From positions 576,001 through 640,000 of the forward strand of contig CAXXSL010000016.1 of assembly GCA_963675525.2 (NCBI GenBank): DNA of 64,000 nucleotides. Direction: 5' to 3'. Made by a program: the position numbers and the translations under genes. Under the pieces are notes generated by a model. That model saw only the letters and a list, made by a program, of their open reading frames with translations, did no database searches and had not been told where the DNA came from. This document shows, in pieces, positions 50,347 through 60,216 of the stretch. The stretch is from Anaerohalosphaeraceae bacterium (GTDB lineage Bacteria > Planctomycetota > Phycisphaerae > Sedimentisphaerales > Anaerohalosphaeraceae). How positions within the stretch are numbered: the first letter of the stretch is position 1; every line of letters starts with the position of its first letter.

Positions 50347-51456
50347 TTAATATACCTGATCAAGACATTGTTCGACAACGTCCCGAGAAACTTCATGCGC
50401 CCATTGGCCGTCCTTGCACAGGGTCGTTCCCAGCGCCTCAAGCAGGACAAAGCGGGGCCATTGGCCGACGGCCTTTTTGTCCATACTGAGTAATTCGAGT
50501 AGTCTGTTTTTCTTCAGTTCGGCCGGGATTCGAGTAGGCATCTTGAGTTTTTTCAAGAGTGCTTCGATCCGTGACAGTCGGTCATCTTGCACCAATCCCA
50601 GTTCGGTTTCGATTTTGCCCGCCGCAATCATTCCGAGGGCCACGGATTCGCCATGCAACAATTTAAACTCGCTGGCGGATTCAACCGCATGCCCGATCGT
50701 ATGGCCGTAATTTAAAATACGGCGTTTATTTTTTTCGGTCGGATCCTCAGCGACAACGGCCGCTTTGATCGTACAATTGGTCATAGCAACCTGCTCCAGG
50801 ACGGACATGTCCTTTTGGCAGATCGCATCGATATTTTTTTCAAGAAACGCAAAGTAATCGGCATCCGCAATCGCCGCGTGTTTAACCGATTCGACCAGCC
50901 CGGCCCGAAATTGACGGTCATCCAGGGTCGACAGCGTGGATACATCAATATAGACCGCCGCGGGCTGCCAGAATGCGCCAAACGCATTCTTGCTGATGGA
51001 GCTGTCCACACCGGTTTTGCCGCCGACGCTGGAGTCAGCCTGTGCCACGGTCGTGGTCGGGACCTGAACAACCGGCACACCACGTTTAAATATCGCCGCG
51101 GCAAACCCGGCAATGTCGCCAACCGTTCCGCCACCCAGCGCCACTATGACAGTATCGCGGCCGAGACAGTGTTTTTCCATCATTTCGATGATCGCCACGG
51201 CCGTCTGAATATGCTTGGATGTTTCGCCGGCCGGATCGATTATATACGTCGGCACATTCTCGGAACCCGCCAGCGTCTTTAAATGCCCGGCCTTAACCAG
51301 TTCGGCGTCAGTCACGATAAAAGGCGAATACTTCGGCCATTGACCATGAATATGAAGCCACGTATCGGCAAGAATACCCCGCCCGATGGTGATCGAGTAC
51401 TTCGACTCAGGCACCTGCGGGACATGAACATCCAATGTTTGAGTTGACTGTTTCAT
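50347..51456 (-). CDS. aroB: 3-dehydroquinate synthase
   Basis: GGGTVGDIAGF, DSSVGGKTG, LNYGHTIGHAVE, HGE. Confidence 0.97.
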   Translation of the reverse strand: MKQSTQTLDVHVPQVPESKYSITIGRGILADTWLHIHGQWPKYSPFIVTDAELVKAGHLKTLAGSENVPTYIIDPAGETSKHIQTAVAIIEMMEKHCLGRDTVIVALGGGTVGDIAGFAAAIFKRGVPVVQVPTTTVAQADSSVGGKTGVDSSISKNAFGAFWQPAAVYIDVSTLSTLDDRQFRAGLVESVKHAAIADADYFAFLEKNIDAICQKDMSVLEQVAMTNCTIKAAVVAEDPTEKNKRRILNYGHTIGHAVESASEFKLLHGESVALGMIAAGKIETELGLVQDDRLSRIEALLKKLKMPTRIPAELKKNRLLELLSMDKKAVGQWPRFVLLEALGTTLCKDGQWAHEVSRDVVEQCLDQVY

Positions 51457-51460
51457 AAGA

Positions 51461-51973
51461 TTAATATGAAATTACCGTGTGTACATCATAGTTACTGAAC
51501 TTTTTTCTGCCGTTCAAATCCGCCAGCTCGATCAAAAATGTCAGGCCAACAATATAACCGCCAAGTTTTTCAATGAGTTCACAGGCAGCAGCCATGGTTC
51601 CCCCTGTCGCCAACAGATCGTCAGCCATCAGCACCCGCGTGTCCGGCTGAACGGCATCCGTATGAACCTCAACCACATCCTTGCCGTATTCCAGACCGTA
51701 GCTAACCGAATGCGTTTCAAACGGCAGTTTTCCCTTTTTACGGATCGGAACAAAACCGGCGTTCAACGCTTTCGCAACTGCCGCACCAAAAATGAATCCG
51801 CGTGCTTCAACCGCTGCAACCACATCAATTTCCTTGTCCCTGAACGGCTGGGCAAGACGGTCAATCGCATCGGCTAATGCCTGCGAATTTGACAAAAGCG
51901 GCGTAATATCGCGAAACAAAATTCCTGCCGTCGGAAAATCGGGAATGCTTCGAATATAACTCGTCAAATCCAT
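51461..51973 (-). CDS. apt: Adenine phosphoribosyltransferase
   Basis: PDFP..GILFRDITPLL, EARGF, DDLLATGGT. Confidence 0.97.
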   Translation of the reverse strand: MDLTSYIRSIPDFPTAGILFRDITPLLSNSQALADAIDRLAQPFRDKEIDVVAAVEARGFIFGAAVAKALNAGFVPIRKKGKLPFETHSVSYGLEYGKDVVEVHTDAVQPDTRVLMADDLLATGGTMAAACELIEKLGGYIVGLTFLIELADLNGRKKFSNYDVHTVISY

Positions 51974-52000
51974 GGCTTCCTCTTGTATCCTATAAACAAT

Positions 52001-52033
52001 AAAAAAAGGCGGAATTAAAAATAACCCCGCCTT
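52001..52033 (-). terminator. Intrinsic terminator after the sigma factor gene
   Basis: Minus strand AGGCGGGG-loop-TTCCGCCT followed by a T run. Confidence 0.65.
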
Positions 52034-52060
52034 TCGGTCACGTTCAAAGTCTTTGTCCTG

Positions 52061-52870
52061 TCAGGACGTCAACAGCTCATTGAGCTGGGCAAGGGCATTC
52101 CTCTGTAACTGGCGAACACGTTCACGTGTTAAGCCTAATTTTTTCCCGATTTCTTTCAGGGTCAACGGTTCGCACCCATTCAAACCAAATCGAAGCCGCA
52201 ACACGTCCGCTTCGCGAGGTTCAATCTCGTCCAGCAGCTGCAACGCCTTTACCAGTTCCTCATTGGTGCCAATATTTTCTTCCGGCGTAGTGATTCTATC
52301 ATCTTCAATGGCTTCGTCAAGTCCGGCATTCTGCTCAACAGAATCATATTGAAAACCAGCATCCACGACAGATACAATTTCCTGGATCGCCTTCGCCTTG
52401 CGAATCGGCACTTTCATGGCTCCGGCCATTTCTTCCAGACTGACCGTCCGACCGAGGCGGGATTCCAGTTCCGCATAGGCCTGACGCCATTGATTGATCA
52501 ATTCTACCATATAGGTCGGAATGTGGATCGGCTGGGCATTATTCAAGATCGCCCGCTTGATCGACTGCTTGATCCACCATGATGAATACGTGCTGAATCG
52601 AACGCCATGATCCGGATCAAACGTATCCACTGCGCGAAGAAGACCCAAATTGCCTTCTTCAATTAAATCGCCAAGTGTCATTCCTCTGCCGGAATATTTC
52701 TTGGCGATATTAACCACCAGTCTCAGGTTGCTGCGAACCAGCCGCTCACGAGCACATGGATCGTTTTCTTCAAGAACCAGGTTCGCAAGCTCTTTTTCCT
52801 GCTCCCAGTTTAACAGCGGAGCTTCATCGATTTCCGATAAATATTCTTTTATAGTCACATCAAAAGCCAT
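52061..52870 (-). CDS. Sigma-70 family sigma factor (RpoD/RpoS-like, lacks region 1.1)
   Basis: NLRLVVNIAKKY, DLIEEGNLGL, RFSTYSSWWIKQ, TRERVRQL. Confidence 0.94.
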   Translation of the reverse strand: MAFDVTIKEYLSEIDEAPLLNWEQEKELANLVLEENDPCARERLVRSNLRLVVNIAKKYSGRGMTLGDLIEEGNLGLLRAVDTFDPDHGVRFSTYSSWWIKQSIKRAILNNAQPIHIPTYMVELINQWRQAYAELESRLGRTVSLEEMAGAMKVPIRKAKAIQEIVSVVDAGFQYDSVEQNAGLDEAIEDDRITTPEENIGTNEELVKALQLLDEIEPREADVLRLRFGLNGCEPLTLKEIGKKLGLTRERVRQLQRNALAQLNELLTS

Positions 52871-53076
52871 GATTCACTCCTGTTGTCTGCCTCCGAAAAG
52901 GCGGTTATTATTTATTTAAACAACAGACCCTTTTTTATCGGGCTGCATGTCATGCAGCTACAAACTGCATGACATGCCGAGTGTATCGACTTTTTTCGGC
53001 ACTGGTTTAACCCTAAACTTAGCCAATGTACCCAAAAAATATTTCAAAAATCGTGGTATCTATGAACCACTGCTTA

Positions 53077-54870
53077 TTACTCAGAATCCTGACCGGGCAT
53101 CGGAATATTCAAAGAATCAGGCATTAAAGAACCGTCCAGACCGCCTCGCCGCTGCGGTGATTCCTTGGATTCATCCTCTACCTCAACAGGCACAGCATGG
53201 GCCTTTTCTTCGGCTGCCTTATCTTCGGCCGCCCATTGAACACGACGCAGGCTCAAACCGATCTTGCGGGCGTCCATATCAACACGCAGGATCTTCACTT
53301 CGAGTTCCTGGCCGATCTTGACCACATCCTGTGGTGAATCGACCTTATCGTCCGACAATTCGGAAATATGCAGCAAGCCTTCCAAGTCCGATTCCAGTTC
53401 GACAAAAACGCCGAAGTTGGTCAGTTTCGTCACAGCACCCTTGACAATTTGACCCGGGATGTATTTTTCCGGAATCGCACGAACCCACGGGTCTTCGGTC
53501 AACTGCTTAAGACCCAGCGAAACACGATGCTTTTCCTCATCCACTTCGAGTACAACGCACTTGATCTCCTGACCCTTCTGGAGCGTCTCGCCCGGATGAT
53601 TGTATTTCTTGGTCCAGCTTAAGTCAGAAATGTGGATCAAACCGTCAATACCCGGTTCAATTTCCACAAAAGCGCCGTAATTGGTCAGGCTGGTAATCTT
53701 GGTGGTCACAATCGTTCCCGGAGGATACTTTTGGCTGGCCACACTCCACGGGTTCGTTTCAAGCTGCTTGAGACCCAGCGAAATTTCCTGCTTGTCTTTG
53801 TTGACATCCAGCACCATGACTTCGACTTCCTGGTTGAGTGTCAGGATGTCTCCGGGGTGGGCAATACGCTTGGTCCAGCTCATTTCGCTGATATGGATCA
53901 AACCTTCGATGCCTTCCTCCAGACGTACAAACGCACCGTAGTTCATGATATTGACAACAGTGCCCTTGACGGTTTTCCCAATCGGATATCGCTGTCCGAC
54001 ATCTTCCCACGGACTGGCGGCTTTCTGCTTGAGACCCAGAGATATCTTTTCGGTTTCCTTGTCGACACCGATAACCATGCAATCGATTTCCTGATCCAGT
54101 TCGACCAGTTCGGACGGATGTGAAATGCGCCCCCAACTCAGGTCGGAAATATGCAGCAGGCCGTCCAGACCGCCGAGGTCCACGAACACGCCGAAATCGG
54201 CAATATTCTTGACGATACCCTTGCGTATCTGGCCCACTTCGATCTCGGTAAGGATCTTTTCCTTGCTGGCTTGACGATCCTCTTCGATGAGTTTACGTCG
54301 GGATACGACGATGTTATGGTTTTCCGTGTCAATTTTCAGGATCTTGCATTCAATTTCACGTCCGATGAACCGGCTGATGTCACCGGGCTTGCGGATATCC
54401 ACCTGCGAAGCAGGCAGAAAGACCGGTACACCAATGTCCACCAGTAAACCGCCTTTGATGCGGCGGCTGACAATACCCTTGACCACATCGCCTTCGGCGT
54501 TATTGGTAATGACAGTTTCCCACCCGCGAATACGGTCAGCTTTGCGTTTGCTCAGCAAAATACCGTTTTCCGCATCCATCTCTTCCAGCAGAACTTCGAT
54601 CTCTTTGCCGGATACGATCTCTTCGGGATCATCAAATTCGGAAGCTTCCACGATCCCTTCGCTCTTAAGGCCCAGTTCCACGATCACATCATTACCCAGT
54701 TGCGTAACAATGCGACCCTTGACAATAGTACCGGGAAGCAACGATTCAACTGTTTTTTGGAGTTCCTGAGCGAGCAGTTCTTTGTGTTCAGAGGTGAATA
54801 ATTCGTTGATTTCTTGTTCGATTTGTTCGTTGGACAAGCCCAACTTATTAATGATGTTTCTGTCTACCAT
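53077..54870 (-). CDS. rpsA: 30S ribosomal protein S1
   Basis: Six S1 repeats (FGVFVDLGG.DGLLHISD/E). Confidence 0.97.
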   Translation of the reverse strand: MVDRNIINKLGLSNEQIEQEINELFTSEHKELLAQELQKTVESLLPGTIVKGRIVTQLGNDVIVELGLKSEGIVEASEFDDPEEIVSGKEIEVLLEEMDAENGILLSKRKADRIRGWETVITNNAEGDVVKGIVSRRIKGGLLVDIGVPVFLPASQVDIRKPGDISRFIGREIECKILKIDTENHNIVVSRRKLIEEDRQASKEKILTEIEVGQIRKGIVKNIADFGVFVDLGGLDGLLHISDLSWGRISHPSELVELDQEIDCMVIGVDKETEKISLGLKQKAASPWEDVGQRYPIGKTVKGTVVNIMNYGAFVRLEEGIEGLIHISEMSWTKRIAHPGDILTLNQEVEVMVLDVNKDKQEISLGLKQLETNPWSVASQKYPPGTIVTTKITSLTNYGAFVEIEPGIDGLIHISDLSWTKKYNHPGETLQKGQEIKCVVLEVDEEKHRVSLGLKQLTEDPWVRAIPEKYIPGQIVKGAVTKLTNFGVFVELESDLEGLLHISELSDDKVDSPQDVVKIGQELEVKILRVDMDARKIGLSLRRVQWAAEDKAAEEKAHAVPVEVEDESKESPQRRGGLDGSLMPDSLNIPMPGQDSE

Positions 54871-54951
54871 AAATATTCTCCTGTGGAGTCTATTTGTCCG
54901 CACTGATGCGCCCCACATTTACGCAATCAGCACTAACCTCTGTAAAAGGTT

Positions 54952-54987
54952 AATAAAAAAATAATGCATTGACCTACGCAGTCAATG
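54952..54987 (-). terminator. Hairpin between ispH and rpsA (terminator or rpsA leader element)
   Basis: GCATTGAC-N7-GTCAATGC followed by a T-rich run on the minus strand. Confidence 0.5.
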
Positions 54988-55021
54988 CCTTGACTCAAAT
55001 CCCTTTTCATCATCCTCGGCG

Positions 55022-55873
55022 TTACCGGCATTCGGCCGGTTCGTCATAACTCTCAAGGTTTCGGACAAACTCCCGAATGACCTCATCGGGCGTAGAAGCC
55101 CCTGCGGTTACGCCTGCGGTGGCTTTACCGCAGAGCAATGTTTTATCAAGTTCGTTCCAATTTTGCAAATGATATGTTTGAAAATTGTGTTTTTTGCACA
55201 AATCCGCAAGTTTTCGGGTATTGGCGCTATGAAGCCCACCGAGGACAAACATGATGTCCACCTGCCGGCACAGTTTAACCGCAGCCTGCTGGCGCTCCAT
55301 TGTTTCCCGGCAAAGCGTGTTGATGATTTTCATCTCGGAAAAGCCTCTTCGGGCAATCGCCGCGATCATATCCGCAAAGTGACCCGGGCTTTGGGTGGTT
55401 TGACAAATAACACCTAACTTCTTTTTATTATTAAGCTTATCTAAATCTTCCTCCGTGGCGACAACCTCCACGTCCTCGGTATAGCCGACAACCGCTTTAA
55501 CTTCAGGATGATTTTTGTCGCCAATCATCACAACTTTGTAGCCCTCATCGTAAAGCTGCTGGGCGATTTTTTGGACCCGCTTAACCAATACACAGGTCGC
55601 ATCCACAATTTTCAGGCCTTTTTGGTTTATTCTGTCCAGTTCTTCCAGCGTCGCCCCATGCGAACGGATCAACACCGTGCCCGATTGGATGATATCAATC
55701 GAATCGACCATTTTCAGGCCGTCTTTGGAAAGTTGAGCCACAACATCTTCATTATGAATAATCGGCCCCAGGCTGGAGACTTCCTTTTCCTGCTCCAGCG
55801 TTTTCTCGGCCAAATTAATGGCATTCCGCACCCCCGGACAAAACCCGCATTTTTCTGCTACTAATACTTTCAT
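55022..55873 (-). CDS. ispH: 4-hydroxy-3-methylbut-2-enyl diphosphate reductase
   Basis: GFCPGV, DATC, NTLC..T.ERQ, SANT, TAGASTP. Confidence 0.97.
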   Translation of the reverse strand: MKVLVAEKCGFCPGVRNAINLAEKTLEQEKEVSSLGPIIHNEDVVAQLSKDGLKMVDSIDIIQSGTVLIRSHGATLEELDRINQKGLKIVDATCVLVKRVQKIAQQLYDEGYKVVMIGDKNHPEVKAVVGYTEDVEVVATEEDLDKLNNKKKLGVICQTTQSPGHFADMIAAIARRGFSEMKIINTLCRETMERQQAAVKLCRQVDIMFVLGGLHSANTRKLADLCKKHNFQTYHLQNWNELDKTLLCGKATAGVTAGASTPDEVIREFVRNLESYDEPAECR

Positions 55874-56225
55874 GTCCTCCTTTTATCCAAAAATAACATA
55901 TTTAGCAAGCTCTATTCAGGGCCGCCGAAGGTTAGTGACCGGTTCAGTTGCCAGGAAGAGTTCGGTATCTTGGAATTTAGAGTATGGAATTTGGAATTTA
56001 ATTTACCTTCTGGAGGAAATTTAAATTTTATCTTCAATATTTATGATTTTTTTACCAAAAATGCCCCATAATACTACTGATATTTGGATTTTTCAGCATT
56101 TGTCCGATAAATACCTAAAGATATTCCGGCATTTTTACCGATATTTGTTAATGGATATTAATAGTGATAGTGCTGTTTATTAAAATAATATTAAGGTTCC
56201 CTGGGTAACGATAAGGAAGAAGCAA

Positions 56226-57425
56226 ATGAGAACGATTGCAATTATCAACCAAAAAGGCGGTTGCGGCAAGACCACCGTGTCAATCAACCTATCCTCCGCA
56301 CTGGCCGCCAAAGGCTATCGAACGCTGCTGGTTGACATGGACCCGCAGGGCCACTGTGCCGTTGGATTGGCGGTGCCGGAAGAACAGATCGAGCAGAGCA
56401 TTTATGACGTGCTGATCGGCACCGGCCGCGGTGAACCAATGCGCATCAACGAGATACTTTGGCAGATATGTGAACGGTTCGAGTTGGCGCCATCGAGTAT
56501 TGACCTGGCCGCCTTCGAACAGCAGATGACCGGTATCGTAGACCGCGAGAACTGCCTGCGAAAAATACTCGACAGCATTCAGGATGACTACGACTACGTG
56601 GTCATCGACTGTCCGCCTTCGGTGAGCCTGCTGACATTCAATGCTTTGCGTGCGGCCACAGATGTCATCGTACCGGTGGAGATGGGATACTTCTCCCTGC
56701 ACGGTCTCAGCAAGCAGCTCGAAACACTGAGTATCCTCTGCAATCAATGCGATCAACAGATCAACGTTATGGTTTTGGCCAGCATGTACGACATCCGGAC
56801 CAAAATGGGCCGAGAGATTCTGGCCGAGCTCAAAAAGCACTTCTCTGCGAAAATGTTCAAGACCGTTGTCAATTTCAACACGAAGCTGAAAGAGGCCGCC
56901 AGCCTCGGCCAGCCCATCAGTGAATATGATCCGGCCAGTAAAGGGTACAAGGACTTTTTGACACTGGCCGAAGAACTGGCCGGAACCGACACCCTGACCC
57001 ATCGAGCCGACCTGGTCAATTCACTGCAGGCCAAACTGGAAGTTATCAGTGCCAGCGCCGAGGAATTGCTGGCCAAGGTGGAGCCGAAAAAGAAAACCCT
57101 GGACGACCAACCCGTCCTGTCGCTGGACGAAAAACTGGCCGACTTCTACGGCGTCAAACAACTGGATGGGCATGTGATCTTCAGCACGCTTTATCCGCGG
57201 GCCAAAACGGTTCATGTGGCCGGGGACTTCAACGATTGGATACCCGAAAAGACCGCCTTCGAAAAGATTGACGATTCCGGCAAATGGATGCTGCAGTTGC
57301 CGATGGAAAAAGGCACCTATCGTTACCGGCTGGTCGTTGACGGCCAATGGCAGCAGGACCCGTATAACCGCATGACCGAGATGAACCCGTACGGAGAAAT
57401 GAATTCCATACTGTACATCCAATAG
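56226..57425 (+). CDS. ParA/MinD-family ATPase fused to a C-terminal CBM48/AMPK-beta-like glycogen-binding domain
   Basis: NQKGGCGKTT, VDMDPQG, IDCPP; C-terminal AKTVHVAGDFNDW..GTYRYRLVVDGQWQQDPYN. Confidence 0.9.
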   Translation: MRTIAIINQKGGCGKTTVSINLSSALAAKGYRTLLVDMDPQGHCAVGLAVPEEQIEQSIYDVLIGTGRGEPMRINEILWQICERFELAPSSIDLAAFEQQMTGIVDRENCLRKILDSIQDDYDYVVIDCPPSVSLLTFNALRAATDVIVPVEMGYFSLHGLSKQLETLSILCNQCDQQINVMVLASMYDIRTKMGREILAELKKHFSAKMFKTVVNFNTKLKEAASLGQPISEYDPASKGYKDFLTLAEELAGTDTLTHRADLVNSLQAKLEVISASAEELLAKVEPKKKTLDDQPVLSLDEKLADFYGVKQLDGHVIFSTLYPRAKTVHVAGDFNDWIPEKTAFEKIDDSGKWMLQLPMEKGTYRYRLVVDGQWQQDPYNRMTEMNPYGEMNSILYIQ

Positions 57426-57445
57426 AAAAATTTAGTGGGAAGAGG

Positions 57446-57484
57446 AAAACGCCGGGATGAGCCGATCACCCCCGGCGTTTTTTT
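57446..57484. terminator. Bidirectional intrinsic terminator between the ParA-CBM gene and purE
   Basis: AAAACGCCGGG..CCCGGCGTTTTTTT. Confidence 0.8.
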
Positions 57485-57495
57485 ATGGTTGGGTA

Positions 57496-58002
57496 TTAGC
57501 CGTTCAGTTCAGCATCCTTCTTGAGAGCTTTTTCGGTTTGGGCCTTGCGGAAATCGGCCAGAGTTTTGGCCAGTTTCGCATCGCTCAGCGCCAGTATCTG
57601 CAGGGCATACACCGCCGCATTCTTGGCACCGGCTTTACCGATAGCCATCGTCCCGACCGGCATCCCGGGCGGCATCTGAACGGTACTGAGCAGTGCATCC
57701 AATCCGCAGGGGCCTTCTTTGGCCTGCATGGGCACCCCGACGATCGGCAACTGCGAATGCGCCGCCATCGCCCCGGCCAGATGCGCAGCCATCCCGGCAG
57801 CGGCAATAATCACCTTGATCCCGTTTCCGGCAGCATTCGCGGCAAAGTCACACGCCGCCGCCGGCGTACGATGTGCCGACAAGATCCGCACCACCGGATC
57901 GATCCCAAATTCCTTGAGCTGCCTTGTGCAGCTTTCCATCACGGGCAGATCGCTGTCAGAGCCCATTAAAACCGCTACGGACGACTGTTTTGGATTCGAC
58001 AT
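57496..58002 (-). CDS. purE: N5-CAIR mutase
   Basis: MGSDSD, SAHRTP, AGMAAHLAG, STVQMPPG. Confidence 0.97.
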   Translation of the reverse strand: MSNPKQSSVAVLMGSDSDLPVMESCTRQLKEFGIDPVVRILSAHRTPAAACDFAANAAGNGIKVIIAAAGMAAHLAGAMAAHSQLPIVGVPMQAKEGPCGLDALLSTVQMPPGMPVGTMAIGKAGAKNAAVYALQILALSDAKLAKTLADFRKAQTEKALKKDAELNG

Positions 58003-58109
58003 TTGAATTTTTCCTATTCTGACGTTAAAATAGTAGGACCGGTTTCACAAAATCAAGTAGATACTATACCCCCTCCGTCGGGGATTTTCAAGTTTGGAGA
58101 TGAGATAAA

Positions 58110-58982
58110 ATGAACGTACGAAAACCAGCCGTTGCAGGCCAGTTTTATGGCGCCAGCCAAACCGAATGCCTCGCCGAGATCGACGAATGTCTGCCCGCAG
58201 GCCCGATTCCCGGCCAATTGCCCGCCCCCGTCGTCGCGGCCATCGTACCCCATGCGGGTTGGGTGTTCAGCGGCGAACTGGCAGGACGAGCCTTTAAGGC
58301 GATCCGGCAGGCAAACGGCGACGTCGATACCTTCGTGATTTTCGGGGCAGCGCATCGGTATTACGGCGACAGCGCGGTCGTTTATGACAGCGGCGCCTGG
58401 AAGACACCGCTGGGACAAATCGCTATCGATGCCCCGTTAGCCGCAGAAATCGTCGAAAAAGGCGCCACCGCCGACCCCGAAGCCCACCGCGGCGAACACA
58501 GCATCGAGGTACAGGTCCCCTTCATCCAGCACCTGTTCCCAAACGCAAAGATCGTTCCCATTATCGTACCGGTCGCCGGCTTCGACCATTCATTCGGCAC
58601 CCGCGTCGGCGAATTGATCGCCTCCAAACACGACAAAAAAATCGTTTGCATCGCCTCCACCGACCTGACCCACTACGGCCCGCGATACGGATTCTGCCCG
58701 GAAGGCACGGGACAGGCCGCCCTGAAATGGGCACGCGAGGTCAACGATATGGAATTCATCGACCTAGCCCTTCGCATGGAAGCCGACGAACTGGTTCGCT
58801 CAGCCGTCGAAAAAGGCAACGCCTGCGGTCCGGCCGCAGTCGCAACCGTCATCGCGGCAGCAAAAGCCGCCGGACGCATCCACGGAACCCTCCTCGGACA
58901 CACAACCAGCAGTGAAATCATGAAAGCAAAATTCAACGAAACCAGCCAAGAATCCGTCGGCTACGCCGCAATCGTCTTTTAA
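58110..58982 (+). CDS. AmmeMemoRadiSam system protein B (MEMO1 family)
   Basis: RKPAVAGQFY, PHAG, EHSIEVQ.PF, STDLTHYG, CG, VGYA. Confidence 0.92.
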   Translation: MNVRKPAVAGQFYGASQTECLAEIDECLPAGPIPGQLPAPVVAAIVPHAGWVFSGELAGRAFKAIRQANGDVDTFVIFGAAHRYYGDSAVVYDSGAWKTPLGQIAIDAPLAAEIVEKGATADPEAHRGEHSIEVQVPFIQHLFPNAKIVPIIVPVAGFDHSFGTRVGELIASKHDKKIVCIASTDLTHYGPRYGFCPEGTGQAALKWAREVNDMEFIDLALRMEADELVRSAVEKGNACGPAAVATVIAAAKAAGRIHGTLLGHTTSSEIMKAKFNETSQESVGYAAIVF

Positions 58983-59009
58983 GACCGCTCATTGCAGACG
59001 AGTTAGAAC

Positions 59010-59588
59010 TTACGGTGCTGAGTTATCGGAATCCCGGGAAGTATTCGTACCGGCCGGATTGGAGGGAATGCATTCGGCAATAAAATTGACGGCCATGCGG
59101 GCATCACCGGCCAGCTTTTGAATTTCAGTTTGAAGCGATTGTTCGGGATAACCGGCCAACAGCCCAATGGAATTTTGAAGTACCGTCGCCTGGCTGACAA
59201 ATTGAGCCGCCGGATCGGCGGACGGCCCCGGTGGGGTTCGATGAAAATAATATATGCCGAGCAAGCTGACAAGCAGCACCGCCGCGGCGGCAGTGAGACC
59301 ATAACCAAAACGAATAGGCGTAAACGGACGCAGGTCGGATAGAGTCGATTGTGTCGGCATGTCTTCGGCTAAACGCTGCTGTACAACAGCTCGAATCCTG
59401 TGCACTTGCTCTTCGGCTATGATAGTCGATGGTTCGGCTCGCAGTTGTTCTTCCATGTCCTTAATTTGATGATAGAAGGCCCGGCATCCCGAACACTTTT
59501 GCAGATGACCGATCAATATCGGCCGCCGGATATTTCCGAATTCATCCAAATCATTTTGAATCGCTGATTGATAGTGACGGCAAAACAT
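59010..59588 (-). CDS. Putative zinc-binding anti-sigma factor
   Basis: HLQKCSGC (HxxxCxxC) and one TM; coupled to the ECF sigma gene. Confidence 0.75.
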   Translation of the reverse strand: MFCRHYQSAIQNDLDEFGNIRRPILIGHLQKCSGCRAFYHQIKDMEEQLRAEPSTIIAEEQVHRIRAVVQQRLAEDMPTQSTLSDLRPFTPIRFGYGLTAAAAVLLVSLLGIYYFHRTPPGPSADPAAQFVSQATVLQNSIGLLAGYPEQSLQTEIQKLAGDARMAVNFIAECIPSNPAGTNTSRDSDNSAP

Positions 59589-60190
59589 TAGTGTGTCCTT
59601 TCCAGTGAAACTGTGTCATTGCTGTCGAATCCGCACATGGGAGCCGATTCTTTTTGAACGATCCTTTTTGCCAGCCGGTTACGCGCCCGGTGCAGATGAA
59701 CCCGAACGCCGGTTTGCGTCTTGCCCATTATCCCTGCGATTTGCTCGATATCCATATCCTGCTTATAACGCAGCCACAGCACAGTACGGTCATCCGGCCT
59801 CATTGCATGCACCTCGTCCCAGATCCCGCCGGCAATAGACGCTTGCTCCGCAGGTGTTTCGGCTATTTGCCCGATCGCCTCGTGTGACAATACATGAGGT
59901 CGCTTTTTACGATAGACCGACACGGCAACGCGATAGGCAATAGTAAACAGCCAGCTTTTAAAAGCATAGCGGCCATCGAAGGAATCGATATGCTGATAGG
60001 CTTTTAAAAATGTTTCCTGAACAATATCTTCGGCATCCTGAACATTGGCCGCACGCCCCGTGATAAACTGCACCAGCGGGCGGCAGTACCGCCGGACGAT
60101 CTCATCGAAAGCAGCCCGGTCACCCCGGGCCGCTTCTTCAGCTAACGCTTCATCTGTTACGGTTTCGTTTTGTGGGTCCATCTTTATCAT
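59588..60190 (-). CDS. ECF RNA polymerase sigma factor
   Basis: DAEDIVQETF, FKSWLFTIA, IAGIMG..VRVHLHRAR. Confidence 0.93.
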   Translation of the reverse strand: MIKMDPQNETVTDEALAEEAARGDRAAFDEIVRRYCRPLVQFITGRAANVQDAEDIVQETFLKAYQHIDSFDGRYAFKSWLFTIAYRVAVSVYRKKRPHVLSHEAIGQIAETPAEQASIAGGIWDEVHAMRPDDRTVLWLRYKQDMDIEQIAGIMGKTQTGVRVHLHRARNRLAKRIVQKESAPMCGFDSNDTVSLERTH

Positions 60191-60216
60191 AAACCGTGCT
60201 AAGGCAATCTTCAGCT

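Noticed and set aside
56000..56225. Replication origin or parABS locus
   Set aside because: AT-rich, but no DnaA-box cluster, parB or parS palindrome was seen
58110..58982. Complete AmmeMemoRadiSam system
   Set aside because: Only the MEMO component is in the window; no AMMECR1 or radical SAM gene is adjacent
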